From positions 282,286,001 to 282,350,000 of the forward strand of contig OZ024742.1 in NCBI GenBank assembly GCA_964016885.1: a stretch of DNA of 64,000 bases. The letters run 5' to 3'. Both the position numbers and the translations under genes were made by a program. Position 1 is the stretch's first letter. Every line of letters starts with the position of its first letter. The notes below the pieces were generated by a model. The model was not told the origin of the DNA, did no database searches, and saw nothing but the letters and a program-made list of their open reading frames with translations. This stretch comes from Eledone cirrhosa (taxonomy: Eukaryota). Shown one piece after another: positions 41,401 to 56,450 of this stretch.

Positions 41401-42499
41401 CAATTTATTTTTAATTCTGCGTATTGTCATATTTATCAGAGTAATTTACGGTGTATTTTAAGCTTGTTATTTCAATCTTGGTTTTTTTTTACATATATTT
41501 CCTTCTCTTTCAATATATTTATAATTCTGCGGATTGTTATTTTTATCAGGGCATTTTAATGTGTAGTTTACTCTTGTTATTTTAGGTTTTCGTTTTTTTT
41601 CCTCATATTTCTTCTTTTTCAATTTATTTTTAATTCTGCGGATTGTCAATTTTTATCAGGGTTTTTACTGTGTATTTTACACTTGTTATTTTAGTTTTTG
41701 CTTTTTTTTATATTATATTTCCTTCTTTTTCAATTTATTTCTTATTCTAGGGATTGTCATTTTTTATCAGGGTATTTTACTGCGTAATTTACTCTTGTTA
41801 TTTTAGTTTTTTGGGTTTTTCTTCTAATATTTCCTTCTTTTTCAATTTATTTTTAATTCTGCGGATTGTCATTTTTATCAGGGTATCTTACTCATACTAG
41901 TTTACTTTTGGGAGATTTTTTTCTTATGTTTCCACTTTTTCAATTTATTTTTAATTCTGCGGATTGTCATTTTTATCAGGGTATTTTAATGTGTATTTTA
42001 CTCTTGTTATTTTAGGTTTTGGTTTTTTCTTCTCATATTTCCTTCTTTTTTAATTTATTTTTAATTCTGCGGATTGTCAATTTTAGCAGGGTATTTTACT
42101 CATATTAGTTTACTTTTGGGAGATTTTTTTTCTTATGTTTCCACTTTTTCAATTTATTTTTAATTCTGGGGATTGTCATTTTTATCAGGGTATTTTACTG
42201 TGTATTTTACTCTTGTTATTTTATGTTTTGGTGTTTTTTTTCTTATGTTTGCTTCTTTATCAATTATTTTTAATTCTGCGGATTGTCATTTTTATCAGGG
42301 TATATTACTCATATTAGTTTACTTTTGGGAGATTTTTTTTTTTATGTTTCCACTTTTTCAATTTATTTTTAATTCTGCGGATTGTCAATTTTTATCAGGG
42401 TTTTTACTGTGTATTTTACACTTGTTATTTTAGTTTTTGCTTTTTTTTATATTATATTTCCTTCTTTTTCAATTTATTTCTTATTCTAGGGATTGTCAT

Positions 42500-45400
42500 A
42501 TTTATCAAGGTATTTTACTGCATATTTTACTCTTGTTATTTTAGTTTTTTTTTTTGGGGGGGGGGTTCTTATATTTCCTTCTTTTTCAATTTATTTTTAA
42601 TTCTGCGGATTGTCATTTTTATCAGGGTATTTTACTCATATTAGTTTACTTTTGGGAGATTTTATTTCTTATGTTTCCACTTTTTCAATTTATTTTTAAT
42701 TCTGCGGATTGTCATTTTTATCAGGTTATTTTACTGTGTATTTTACTCTTGTTATTTTAGGTTTTGGTGTTTTTTGTCTTATGTTTCCTTCTTTATCAAT
42801 TATTTTTAATTCTGCGGATTGTCATTTTTATCAGGGTTTTTTACTGTTGTACTTTACTCTTGTTATTTTAGTTTTTGGGGGTATTTTCTCATATTTCTTT
42901 CTTTTTCAATTTATTTTTAATTCTGCGGATTGTCATTTTTATCAGGGTTTTTTACTGTGTATTTTAATCTTGTTATTTCAATTTAGGGTTATTTTTTACT
43001 TATATATCCTCTCTTTCATTTTATTTTTAATTCTGCCGATTGTCATTTTTATCAGGGTTTTTTACTCTGTATTTTAATCTTGTTATTTTAGTTTTTGTAT
43101 GTTTTTAATATTATATTTCCTTCTTTTTCAATTTATTTTTAATTCTGCTGATTGTCATTTTTATCAGGGTATCTTACTGGGTATTTTACTCTTGTTATTT
43201 TAGTTTTGGGGTTTTTTTTCTCATATTTCCTTCTTTTTCAATTTATTTTTTATTCTGCGGATTGTAATTTTTTATCAGGGTATTTTACTGTGTATTTCAC
43301 TCTTTATTTTATTATTTTGTGGTTTTTTAACTGATATTTCCTTCTTTTTCAATTTATTTTTAATTCTGTGAATGGTCAATTTTATCAGGGTATTTTACAG
43401 TGTATTTTACGCTTATTATTTCAATTTAGGGTTATTTTTTACTTATATTTACTCTCTTTCAATTTATTTTTAATTCTGCAGATTGTCATTTTTATCAGGG
43501 TTTTTTTACGATGTATTTTACTCTTGTTATTTTAGTTTTTGTTTTTTTTAAATATTATATTTCCTCTCTTTCAATTTATTTTTAATTCTGCGGATTGTCA
43601 TTTTTATCAGGGTTTTTTTACGATGTATTTTACTCTTGTTATTTCAATTTTGGTTTTTTTTTTACATATATTTCCTTCTCTTTCAATATATTTATAATTC
43701 TGCGGATTGTCACTTGTATCAGGGTATATTGCTGTGTATTTTACTCTTGTTATTTTAATTTTGGGTTTTTTTTCTTATATTTCCTTCTTTTTCAATTTAT
43801 TTTTAATTCTGCGGATTGTCATTTTTATCAGGGTATTTTACTGTGTCTTTTACTCTTGTTATTTTAGTTTTTGGAGTTTTTTATTCTTATATTTCCTTAT
43901 TTTTCAATTTAGTTTTAATTCTGCTGGTTGTCATTTTTATCAGGGTAATTTACTGTGTATTTTATGCTTGTTATTTTAATTTTTGTGTTTTTTTACTTAT
44001 ATTTCCTTCTCTTTCAATTTATTTTTAATTCTACGTATTGTCATTTTTATCAGGGTATCTTACGTTGTTTTTTATGCTTGTCATTTTAATTTTTGAGTTT
44101 CTTTCCTTATATTTCCTTTTTTTTTCAATTTACTTTTAATTCTGCGGATTGTCATTTTTATCAGTGTATTTTACTGTGTATTTTACGCTTGTTATTTTAA
44201 TTTTAGGGTTTTTTTTCCTCATATTTCCTGCTTTTTCAATTTATTTTTAATTCTGCGGATTGTCATTTTTATCAGGGTTTTTTTTACTGTGTATTTTACG
44301 CTTGTTATTTTAGTTTTGGGGTTTTTTTTCTTATATTTCCTTCTTTTTTAATTTATTTTTAATTCTGCGGATTGTCATTTTTTATCAGGGTTTTTTGCTG
44401 TTGTATTTTACACTTGTTATTTGATTTTTTGGTGTTTTTTTATTATATTTCCTTCTCTTTCAATTTATTTTTAATTCTGCGGATTGTCATTTTTATTAAG
44501 TTATTTTACGGTGTATTTTACTCTTGTTATTTTATGTTTTGGGGATTTTTTTCTTATATTTCCTTCTCTTTCAATTTATTTTTAATTCTGTGGATTGTCA
44601 TTTTTATCAGGGTATTTTACGGTGTATTTTACTCTTTTTATTTTTATTTTTGGGGTTTATTTCTAATATTCCTTCTTTCTCAATTTATTTTTAATTCTGC
44701 GGATTGTCATTTTTATCAGGGTTTTTTACTGTGTATTCTACTCTTGTTATTTTACTTTTGGGGGTTTTTTTCTCATATTTTCTCCCTTTTCAATTTATTT
44801 TTATTTCTGCGGATTGTCATTTTTATCAGGGTATTTTACTGTGTATTTTACGCTTGTTATTTTAATTTTAGGGTTTTTTTCCTTATATTTCCTTCTTTTT
44901 TAATTTATTTTTAATTCTGCGGATTGTCATTTTTAGCAGGGTATTTTACTCATATTAGTTTACTTTTGGGAGATTTTTTTTCTTATGTTTCCACTTCTTC
45001 AATTTATTTTTAATTCTGCGGATTGTCATTTTTATCAGGGTATTTTACTGTGTATTTTACTCTTGTTATTTTAGGTTTTGGTGTTTTTTTTCTTATGTTT
45101 CCGTCTTTATCAATTATTTTTAATTCTGCGGATTGTCATTTTCATCAGGGTTTTTTTACTGTTGTACTTTACTCTTGTTATTTTAGTTTTTGGGGGTTTT
45201 TTTTGTCATATCTCCTTCTTTTTCAAATTATTTTTAATTCTGCGGATTGTCATTTTTATCAGGGTTTTTTACTGTGTATTTTAATCTTGTTATTTCAATT
45301 TAGGGTTATTTTTTATTTATATTTCCTCTCTTTCAATTTATTTTTCATTCTGCGGATTGTCAATTATATCAGGGTTTTTTACTGTGTATTTTAATCTTGT

Positions 45401-48400
45401 TATTGTTGTTTTTGTATTTTTTTAATATTATATTTCCTTCTTTTTCAATTTATTTTTAATTCTGCTGATTGTCATTTTTATCAGGGTATTTTACTGGGTA
45501 TTTTACTCTTGCTATTTTAGTTTTGGGTTTTTTTTTCTTATATTTCCTTCTTTTTCAATTTATTTTTTATTCTGCGGATTGTCATTTTTTATCAAGGTAT
45601 TTTACTGTGTATTTTACTCTTTATTTTATTATTTTATGGTTTTTTAACTTATATTTCCTTCTTTTTCAATTTATTTTTAATTATGTGGATTGTCAATTTT
45701 ATCAGGGAATTTTACTGTGTATTTTACGCTTATTATTTCAATTTAGAGTTATTTTTTACTTATATTTCCTCTCTTTCAATTTATTTATAATTCTGCGGAT
45801 TGTCACTTTTATCAGGGTATTTTGCTGTGTATTTTACTCTTGTTATTTTAATTTTGGGGTTGTTTTCTTATATTTCCTTCTTTTCAATTTATTTTTAATT
45901 CTGCGGATTGTCATTTTTATCAGGGTATTTTACTGTGTCTTTTACTCTTGTTATTTTAGTTTTTTGAGTTTTTTATTCTTATATTTCCTTCTTTTTCAAT
46001 TTAGTTTTAATTCTGCCGGTTGTCATTTATATCAGGGTATTTTACTGTGTATTTTAAGCTTGTTATTTTAATTTTTGTGTTTTTTTACTTATATTTCCTT
46101 CTCTCTAAATTTATTTTTAATTCTACGTATTCTCATTTTTATCAGGGTATTTTACGTTGTTTTTTACGCTTGTTATTTTAATTTTTGAGTTTTTTCCTTA
46201 TATTTCCTTTTTTTCAATTTATTTTTAATTCTGCGGATTGTCATTTTTATCAGTGTATTTTACTGTGTATTTTACGGTTGTTATTTTAATTTTAGGGCTT
46301 TTTTCCTCATATTTCCTTCTTTTTAAATTTATTTTTAATTCTGCGGATTGTCATTTTTATCAGGGTTTTTTTACTGTGTATTTTACGCTTGTTATTTTAA
46401 TTTTGGGGTTGTTTTTTTCTTATATTTCCTTCTTTTACAATTTATTGAGAATTCTGCGGATTGTCACTTTTATCAGGGTATTTTACTGTGTATTTTACTC
46501 TTGTTATTTTAGGTTTTGGGTTTTTTTTTCTCATATTTCCTTCATTATCAATTATTTTTAATTCTTCGGATTGTCATTTTTATCAAGGTATTTTACTGCA
46601 TATTTTACTCTTGTTATTTTAGTTTTTTTTTTTGGGGGGGGGGGTTCTTATATTTCCTTCTTTTTCAATTTATTTTTAATTCTGCGGATTGTCATTTTTA
46701 TCAGGGTATTTTACTCATATTAGTTTACTTTTGGGAGATTTTATTTCTTATGTTTCCACTTTTTCAATTTATTTTTAATTCTGCGGATTGTCATTTTTAT
46801 CAGGGTATTTTACTGTGTATTTTACTCTTGTTATTTTAGGTTTTGGTGTTTTTTGTCTTATGTTTCCTTCTTTATCAATTATTTTTAATTCTGCGGATTG
46901 TCATTTTTATCAGGGTTTTTTACTGTTGTACTTTACTCTTGTTATTTTAGTTTTTGGGGGTATTTTCTCATATTTCTTTCTTTTTCAAATTATTTTTAAT
47001 TCTGCGGATTGTCATTTTTATCAGGGTTTTTTACTGTGTATTTTAATCTTGTTATTTCAATTTAGGGTTATTTTTTACTTATATATCCTCTCTTTCATTT
47101 TATTTTTAATTCTGCCGATTGTCATTTTTATCAGGGTTTTTTACTGTGTATTTTAATCTTGTTATTTTAGTTTTTGTATGTTTTTAATATTATATTTCCT
47201 TCTTTTTCAATTTATTTTTAATTCTGCTGATTGTCATTTTTATCAGGGTATCTTACTGGGTATTTTACTCTTGTTATTTTAGTTTTGGGGTTTTTTTTCT
47301 CATATTTCCTTCTTTTTCAATTTATTTTTTATTCTGCGGATTGTAATTTTTTATCAGGGTATTTTACTGTGTATTTCACTCTTTATTTTATTATTTTGTG
47401 GTTTTTTAACTGATATTTCCTTCTTTTTCAATTTATTTTTAATTCTGTGAATGGTCAATTTTATCAGGGTATTTTACAGTGTATTTTACGCTTATTATTT
47501 CAATTTAGGGTTATTTTTTACTTATATTTACTCTCTTTCAATTTATTTTTAATTCTGCAGATTGTCATTTTTATCAGGGTTTTTTTACGATGTATTTTAC
47601 TCTTGTTATTTTAGTTTTTGTTTTTTTTAAATATTATATTTCCTCTCTTTCAATTTATTTTTAATTCTGCGGATTGTCATTTTTATCAGGGTTTTTTTAC
47701 GATGTATTTTACTCTTGTTATTTCAATTTTGGTTTTTTTTTTACATATATTTCCTTCTCTTTCAATATATTTATAATTCTGCGGATTGTCACTTGTATCA
47801 GGGTATATTGCTGTGTATTTTACTCTTGTTATTTTAATTTTGGGTTTTTTTTCTTATATTTCCTTCTTTTTCAATTTATTTTTAATTCTGCGGATTGTCA
47901 TTTTTATCAGGGTATTTTACTGTGTCTTTTACTCTTGTTATTTTAGTTTTTGGAGTTTTTTATTCTTATATTTCCTTATTTTTCAATTTAGTTTTAATTC
48001 TGCTGGTTGTCATTTTTATCAGGGTAATTTACTGTGTATTTTATGCTTGTTATTTTAATTTTTGTGTTTTTTTACTTATATTTCCTTCTCTTTCAATTTA
48101 TTTTTAATTCTACGTATTGTCATTTTTATCAGGGTATCTTACGTTGTTTTTTATGCTTGTCATTTTAATTTTTGAGTTTCTTTCCTTATATTTCCTTTTT
48201 TTTTCAATTTACTTTTAATTCTGCGGATTGTCATTTTTATCAGTGTATTTTACTGTGTATTTTACGCTTGTTATTTTAATTTTAGGGTTTTTTTTCCTCA
48301 TATTTCCTGCTTTTTCAATTTATTTTTAATTCTGCGGATTGTCATTTTTATCAGGGTTTTTTTACTGTGTATTTTACGCTTGTTATTTTAGTTTTGGGGT

Positions 48401-51400
48401 TTTTTTTCTTATATTTCCTTCTTTTTTAATTTATTTTTAATTCTGCGGATTGTCATTTTTTATCAGGGTTTTTTGCTGTTGTATTTTACACTTGTTATTT
48501 GATTTTTTGGTGTTTTTTTATTATATTTCCTTCTCTTTCAATTTATTTTTAATTCTGCGGATTGTCATTTTTATTAAGTTATTTTACGGTGTATTTTACT
48601 CTTGTTATTTTATGTTTTGGGGATTTTTTTCTTATATTTCCTTCTCTTTCAATTTATTTTTAATTCTGTGGATTGTCATTTTTATCAGGGTATTTTACGG
48701 TGTATTTTACTCTTTTTATTTTAATTTTTGGGGTTTATTTCTAATATTCCTTCTTTCTCAATTTATTTTTAATTCTGCGGATTGTCATTTTTATCAGGGT
48801 TTTTTACTGTGTATTCTACTCTTGTTATTTTACTTTTGGGGGTTTTTTTCTCATATTTTCTCCATTTTCAATTTATTTTTATTTCTGCGGATTGTCATTT
48901 TTATCAGGGTATTTTACTGTGTATTTTACGCTTGTTATTTTAATTTTAGGGTTTTTTTCCTTATATTTCCTTCTTTTTTAATTTATTTTTAATTCTGCGG
49001 ATTGTCATTTTTAGCAGGGTATTTTACTCATATTAGTTTACTTTTGGGAGATTTTTTTTCTTATGTTTCCACTTCTTCAATTTATTTTTAATTCTGCGGA
49101 TTGTCATTTTTATCAGGGTATTTTACTGTGTATTTTACTCTTGTTATTTTAGGTTTTGGTGTTTTTTTTCTTATGTTTCCGTCTTTATCAATTATTTTTA
49201 ATTCTGCGGATTGTCATTTTTATCAGGGTTTTTTTACTGTTGTACTTTACTCTTGTTATTTTAGTTTTTGGGGGGTTTTTTTGTCATATCTCCTTCTTTT
49301 TCAAATTATTTTTAATTCTGCGGATTGTCATTTTTATCAGGGTTTTTTACTGTGTATTTTAATCTTGTTATTTCAATTTAGGGTTATTTTTTATTTATAT
49401 TTCCTCTCTTTCAATTTATTTTTCATTCTGCGGATTGTCAATTATATCAGGGTTTTTTACTGTGTATTTTAATCTTGTTATTTTAGTTTTTGTATTTTTT
49501 TAATATTATATTTCCTTCTTTTTCAATTTATTTTTAATTCTGCTGATTGTCATTTTTATCAGGGTATTTTACTGGGTATTTTACTCTTGTTATTTTAGTT
49601 TTGGGTTTTTTTTTCTTATATTTCCTTCTTTTTCAATTTATTTTTTATTCTGCGGATTGTCATTTTTTATCAGGGTATTTTACTGTGTATTTTACTCTTT
49701 ATTTTATTATTTTATGGTTTTTTAACTTATATTTCCTTCTTTTTCAATTTATTTTTAATTATGTGGATTGTCAATTTTATCAGGGAATTTTACTGTGTAT
49801 TTTACGCTTATTATTTCAATTTAGAGTTATTTTTTACTTATATTTCCTCTCTTTCAATTTATTTATAATTCTGCGGATTGTCACTTTTATCAGGGTATTT
49901 TGCTGTGTATTTTACTCTTGTTATTTTAATTTTGGGGTTGTTTTCTTATATTTCCTTCTTTTCAATTTATTTTTAATTCTGCGGATTGTCATTTTTATCA
50001 GGGTATTTTACTGTGTCTTTTACTCTTGTTATTTTAGTTTTTTGAGTTTTTTATTCTTATATTTCCTTCTTTTTCAATTTAGTTTTAATTCTGCCGTTTG
50101 TCATTTATATCAGGGTATTTTACTGTGTATTTTAAGCTTGTTATTTTAATTTTTGTGTTTTTTTACTTATATTTCCTTCTCTCTAAATTTATTTTTAATT
50201 CTACGTATTCTCATTTTTATCAGGGTATTTTACGTTGTTTTTTACGCTTGTTATTTTAATTTTTGAGTTTTTTCCTTATATTTCCTTTTTTTCAATTTAT
50301 TTTTAATTCTGCGGATTGTCATTTTTATCAGTGTATTTTACTGTGTATTTTACGGTTGTTATTTTAATTTTAGGGCTTTTTTCCTCATATTTCCTTCTTT
50401 TTAAATTTATTTTTAATTCTGCGGATTGTCATTTTTATCAGGGTTTTTTTACTGTGTATTTTACGCTTGTTATTTTAATTTTGGGGTTGTTTTTTTCTTA
50501 TATTTCCTTCTTTTACAATTTATTGAGAATTCTGCGGATTGTCACTTTTATCAGGGTATTTTACTGTGTATTTTACTCTTGTTATTTTAGGTTTTGGGGT
50601 TTTTTTTCTCATATTTCCTTCATTATCAATTATTTTTAATTCTTCGGATTGTCATTTTTATCAAGGTATTTTACTGCATATTTTACTCTTGTTATTTTAG
50701 TTTTTTTTTTGGGGGGGGGGGTTCTTATATTTCCTTCTTTTTCAATTTATTTTTAATTCTGCGGATTGTCATTTTTATCAGGGTATTTTACTCATATTAG
50801 TTTACTTTTGGGAGATTTTATTTCTTATGTTTCCACTTTTTCAATTTATTTTTAATTCTGCGGATTGTCATTTTTATCAGGGTATTTTACTGTGTATTTT
50901 ACTCTTGTTATTTTAGGTTTTGGTGTTTTTTGTCTTATGTTTCCTTCTTTATCAATTATTTTTAATTCTGCGGATTGTCATTTTTATCAGGGTTTCTTAC
51001 TGTTGTACTTTACTCTTGTTATTTTAGTTTTTGGGGGTATTTTCTCATATTTCTTTCTTTTTCAAATTATTTTTAATTCTGCGGATTGTCATTTTTATCA
51101 GGGTTTTTTACTGTGTATTTTAATCTTGTTATTTCAATTTAGGGTTATTTTTTACTTATATATCCTCTCTTTCATTTTATTTTTAATTCTGCCGATTGTC
51201 ATTTTTATCAGGGTTTTTTACTGTGTATTTTAATCTTGTTATTTTAGTTTTTGTATGTTTTTAATATTATATTTCCTTCTTTTTCAATTTATTTTTAATT
51301 CTGCTGATTGTCATTTTTATCAGGGTATCTTACTGGGTATTTTACTCTTGTTATTTTAGTTTTGGGGTTTTTTTTCTCATATTTCCTTCTTTTTCAATTT

Positions 51401-54400
51401 ATTTTTTATTCTGCGGATTGTAATTTTTTATCAGGGTATTTTACTGTGTATTTCACTCTTTATTTTATTATTTTGTGGTTTTTTAACTGATATTTCCTTC
51501 TTTTTCAATTTATTTTTAATTCTGTGAATGGTCAATTTTATCAGGGTATTTTACAGTGTATTTTACGCTTATTATTTCAATTTAGGGTTATTTTTTACTT
51601 ATATTTACTCTCTTTCAATTTATTTTTAATTCTGCAGATTGTCATTTTTATCAGGGTTTTTTTACGATGTATTTTACTCTTGTTATTTTAGTTTTTGTTT
51701 TTTTTAAATATTATATTTCCTCTCTTTCAATTTATTTTTAATTCTGCGGATTGTCATTTTTATCAGGGTTTTTTTACGATGTATTTTACTCTTGTTATTT
51801 CAATTTTGGTTTTTTTTTTACATATATTTCCTTCTCTTTCAATATATTTATAATTCTGCGGATTGTCACTTGTATCAGGGTATATTGCTGTGTATTTTAC
51901 TCTTGTTATTTTAATTTTGGGTTTTTTTTCTTATATTTCCTTCTTTTTCAATTTATTTTTAATTCTGCGGATTGTCATTTTTATCAGGGTATTTTACTGT
52001 GTCTTTTACTCTTGTTATTTTAGTTTTTGGAGTTTTTTATTCTTATATTTCCTTATTTTTCAATTTAGTTTTAATTCTGCTGGTTGTCATTTTTATCAGG
52101 GTAATTTACTGTGTATTTTATGCTTGTTATTTTAATTTTTGTGTTTTTTTACTTATATTTCCTTCTCTTTCAATTTATTTTTAATTCTACGTATTGTCAT
52201 TTTTATCAGGGTATCTTACGTTGTTTTTTATGCTTGTCATTTTAATTTTTGAGTTTCTTTCCTTATATTTCCTTTTTTTTTCAATTTACTTTTAATTCTG
52301 CGGATTGTCATTTTTATCAGTGTATTTTACTGTGTATTTTACGCTTGTTATTTTAATTTTAGGGTTTTTTTTCCTCATATTTCCTGCTTTTTCAATTTAT
52401 TTTTAATTCTGCGGATTGTCATTTTTATCAGGGTTTTTTTACTGTGTATTTTACGCTTGTTATTTTAGTTTTGGGGTTTTTTTTCTTATATTTCCTTCTT
52501 TTTTAATTTATTTTTAATTCTGCGGATTGTCATTTTTTATCAGGGTTTTTTGCTGTTGTATTTTACACTTGTTATTTGATTTTTTGGTGTTTTTTTATTA
52601 TATTTCCTTCTCTTTCAATTTATTTTTAATTCTGCGGATTGTCATTTTTATTAAGTTATTTTACGGTGTATTTTACTCTTGTTATTTTATGTTTTGGGGA
52701 CTTTTTTCTTATATTTCCTTCTCTTTCAATTTATTTTTAATTCTGTGGATTGTCATTTTTATCAGGGTATTTTACGGTGTATTTTACTCTTTTTATTTTA
52801 ATTTTTGGGGTTTATTTCTAATATTCCTTCTTTCTCAATTTATTTTTAATTCTGCGGATTGTCATTTTTATCAGGGTTTTTTACTGTGTATTCTACTCTT
52901 GTTATTTTACTTTTGGGGGTTTTTTTCTCATATTTTCTCCATTTTCAATTTATTTTTATTTCTGCGGATTGTCATTTTTATCAGGGTATTTTACTGTGTA
53001 TTTTACGCTTGTTATTTTAATTTTAGGGTTTTTTTCCTTATATTTCCTTCTTTTTTAATTTATTTTTAATTCTGCGGATTGTCATTTTTAGCAGGGTATT
53101 TTACTCATATTAGTTTACTTTTGGGAGATTTTTTTTCTTATGTTTCCACTTCTTCAATTTATTTTTAATTCTGCGGATTGTCATTTTTATCAGGGTATTT
53201 TACTGTGTATTTTACTCTTGTTATTTTAGGTTTTGGTGTTTTTTAGTTTACTTTTGGGAGATTGGTGTTTATTAGTTTACTTTTGGGAGATTTTTTTTCT
53301 TATGTTTCCGTCTTTATCAATTATTTTTATTAGTTTACTTTTGGGAGATTGGTGTTTATTAGTTTACTTTTGGGAGATTTTTTTTCTTATGTTTCCGTCT
53401 TTATCAATTATTTTTAATTCTGCGGATTGTCATTTTTATCAGGGTTTTTTTACTGTTGTACTTTACTCTTGTTATTTTAGTTTTTGGGGGTTTTTTTTGT
53501 CATATCTCCTTCTTTTTCAAATTATTTTTAATTCTGCGGATTGTCATTTTTATCAGGGTTTTTTACTGTGTATTTTAATCTTGTTATTTCAATTTAGGGT
53601 TATTTTTTATTTATATTTCCTCTCTTTCAATTTATTTTTCATTCTGCGGATTGTCAATTATATCAGGGTTTTTTACTGTGTATTTTAATCTTGTTATTTT
53701 AGTTTTTGTATTTTTTTAATATTATATTTCCTTCTTTTTCAATTTATTTTTAATTCTGCTGATTGTCATTTTTATCAGGGTATTTTACTGGGTATTTTAC
53801 TCTTGTTATTTTAGTTTTGGGTTTTTTTTTCTTATATTTCCTTCTTTTTCAATTTATTTTTTATTCTGCGGATTGTCATTTTTTATCAGGGTATTTTACT
53901 GTGTATTTTACTCTTTATTTTATTATTTTATGGTTTTTTTAACTTATATTTCCTTCTTTTTCAATTTATTTTTAATTATGTGGATTGTCAATTTTATCAG
54001 GGAATTTTACTGTGTATTTTACGCTTATTATTTCAATTTAGAGTTATTTTTTACTTATATTTCCTCTCTTTCAATTTATTTATAATTCTGCGGATTGTCA
54101 CTTTTATCAGGGTATTTTGCTGTGTATTTTACTCTTGTTATTTTAATTTTGGGGTTGTTTTCTTATATTTCCTTCTTTTCAATTTATTTTTAATTCTGCG
54201 GATTGTCATTTTTATCAGGGTATATTACTGTGTCTTTTACTCTTGTTATTTTAGTTTTTTGAGTTTTTTATTCTTATATTTCCTTCTTTTTCAATTTAGT
54301 TTTAATTCTGCCGGTTGTCATTTATATCAGGGTATTTTACTGTGTATTTTAAGCTTGTTATTTTAATTTTTGTGTTTTTTTACTTATATTTCCTTCTCTC

Positions 54401-54860
54401 TAAATTTATTTTTAATTCTACGTATTGTCATTTTTATCAGGGTATTTTACGTTGTTTTTTACGCTTGTTATTTTAATTTTTGAGTTTTTTCCTTATATTT
54501 CCTTTTTTTCAATTTATTTTTAATTCTGCGGATTGTCATTTTTATCAGTGTATTTTACTGTGTATTTTACGGTTGTTATTTTAATTTTAGGGCTTTTTTC
54601 CTCATATTTCCTTCTTTTTAAATTTATTTTTAATTCTGCGGATTGTCATTTTTATCAGGGTTTTTTTACTGTGTATTTTACGCTTGTTATTTTAATTTTG
54701 GGGTTGTTTTTTTCTTATATTTCCTTCTTTTACAATTTATTGAGAATTCTGCGGATTGTCACTTTTATCAGGGTATTTTACTGTGTATTTTACTCTTGTT
54801 ATTTTAGGTTTTGGGTTTTTTTTTCTCATATTTCCTTCTTTATCAATTATTTTTAATTCT
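42500..54860. repeat. Higher-order repeat domain, ~4078-bp unit (~37 monomers) x3
   Basis: Near-identical marker ORFs at 42709/46788/50865, 43152/47231/51308 and 44372/48450/52527. Confidence 0.95.
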
Positions 54861-55459
54861 TCGGATTGTCATTTTTATCAGGGTATGTTACTGTGTATTT
54901 TACTCTTGTTATTTTAGTTTTGGGGGTTTTTTTCTCATATTTCCTTCTTTTTCAATTTATTTTTAATTCTGCGGATTGTCATTTTTTATCAGGGTATTTT
55001 ACTGTGTATTTTACTCTTCATTTTATTTTTTTGTGGTTTTTTAACTTATATTTCCTTGTTTTTCAATTTATTTTTAATTCTGCGGATTGTCATTTTTATC
55101 AGGGTTTTTTGCTGTTGTATTTTACACTTGTTATTTTATTTTTTGGTGTTTTTTTTCTTATATTTCCTTCTCTTTCAATTTATTGTTAATTCTGCGGATT
55201 GTCGTTTTTATTAGGTTATTTTACGGTATATTTTACTCTTGTTAGTTTAGGTTTTGGGGATTTTTTTCTTATATTTCCTTCTCTTTCAATTATTTTTTAA
55301 TTCTGCGGATTCTCATTTTTGTCAGGGTATTTTACTGTGTATTTTACACTTGTTATTTTACTTTTGGGGGAATTTTTCTTTTATTTCCTTCTTTTTTCAA
55401 TTTAGTTTTAATTCTACGGATTTTCATTTTTATCAGGGTTTTTTTTCTTCTTCAAAATT

Positions 55460-55815
55460 CCTCCTCATCATCATCATAATCACCGTCATGATCACCATCA
55501 TCATCGTCGTCATCATCATCATTCTTATCATCATCATTCAACTCTCATCATCTTCTTCATGATACATCATCATCATCATTATCATCATCATCACCGCCAT
55601 CATCACCATCATGATCGTCATTAATCATCATCACCATCACCATTATCACCATCATCATCACCATCATCATCACCATCATGACCATCATCATCATCATCAT
55701 CCTCATCATTACCGTCATTCATCATGATCATCATGATCATGATCGTCATTCATGATCATGATCATCATCATCATCATGATCATCATCAGCAGCAGCGGCA
55801 ACAGCAGCAGCATCG

Positions 55816-55851
<36 letters not shown>

Positions 55852-55931
55852 CCATCATTATCATCACCATCATTATCATCACCATCATCATCCTTATCAT
55901 CATCAGCCTCATCATCATCATCATCATCACT

Positions 55932-55965
<34 letters not shown>

Positions 55966-56267
55966 CCATCATCATCATTCGTCATCCTCATCATCATCAT
56001 CATCATCATCATCATTCCTCTTCATCATCATCATCGTCATCATCATCATCGTCAACATCTCCACAACCACAAATAACATCATCATCAACATCATCAACCC
56101 CCTCAGCATAACCCCATCAGCTTTCTTCGTTATCATCATCGCCCTCATTATCATCGCCCTCCTTGTCATCGTCCTCATTTTCATCATCTATCTCATCATC
56201 ATCATTGCCATCATCATTGTCATCATTGTCATCATTGTCATCATTGTCATCAACAAACAACATCCCT

Positions 56268-56325
<58 letters not shown>

Positions 56326-56450
56326 ACAGCAGCAGCAACAGCAGCAGCAGCAGCATCTTAAGCCTAATGATCTTTACTATTCCAGGCCCTATCATCATGA
56401 CGATCTTCATTACATCTTCACCACCATCATCATTTTCATCACTACCGCTA
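55460..56450. repeat. Imperfect (CAT)n/(CAG)n trinucleotide field
   Basis: About 1 kb of CAT with CAC/CGT/CAG variants abutting the satellite end. Confidence 0.95.

Larger units (their letters stand above)
3480..55440. repeat. ~110-bp satellite DNA array (~52 kb, roughly 470 monomers), head-to-tail
   Basis: Consensus AATTCTGCGGATTGTCATTTTTATCAGGGTATTTTACTGTGTATTTTACTCTTGTTATTTTAGTTTTGGGGTTTTTTTCTTATATTTCCTTCTTTTTCAATTTATTTTT recurs every ~110 bp (e.g. 3550, 3661, 3773). No inversion or foreign insertion was seen. Confidence 0.99.

Noticed and set aside
3480-55440. Satellite as a CRISPR array or as a hammerhead satellite (CTGCGGA on plus; CTGATAA...GAAATATA on minus)
   Set aside because: The whole monomer is homologous, with no unique spacers and no cas genes. 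The core-like words are non-canonical and no stem I or II can be paired around them.
3440-55562. Hundreds of F/L/I/Y-rich plus-strand ORFs resembling membrane proteins
   Set aside because: They are translations of the T-rich satellite in all three frames, with frameshifts at homopolymers. There is no evidence of coding constraint.
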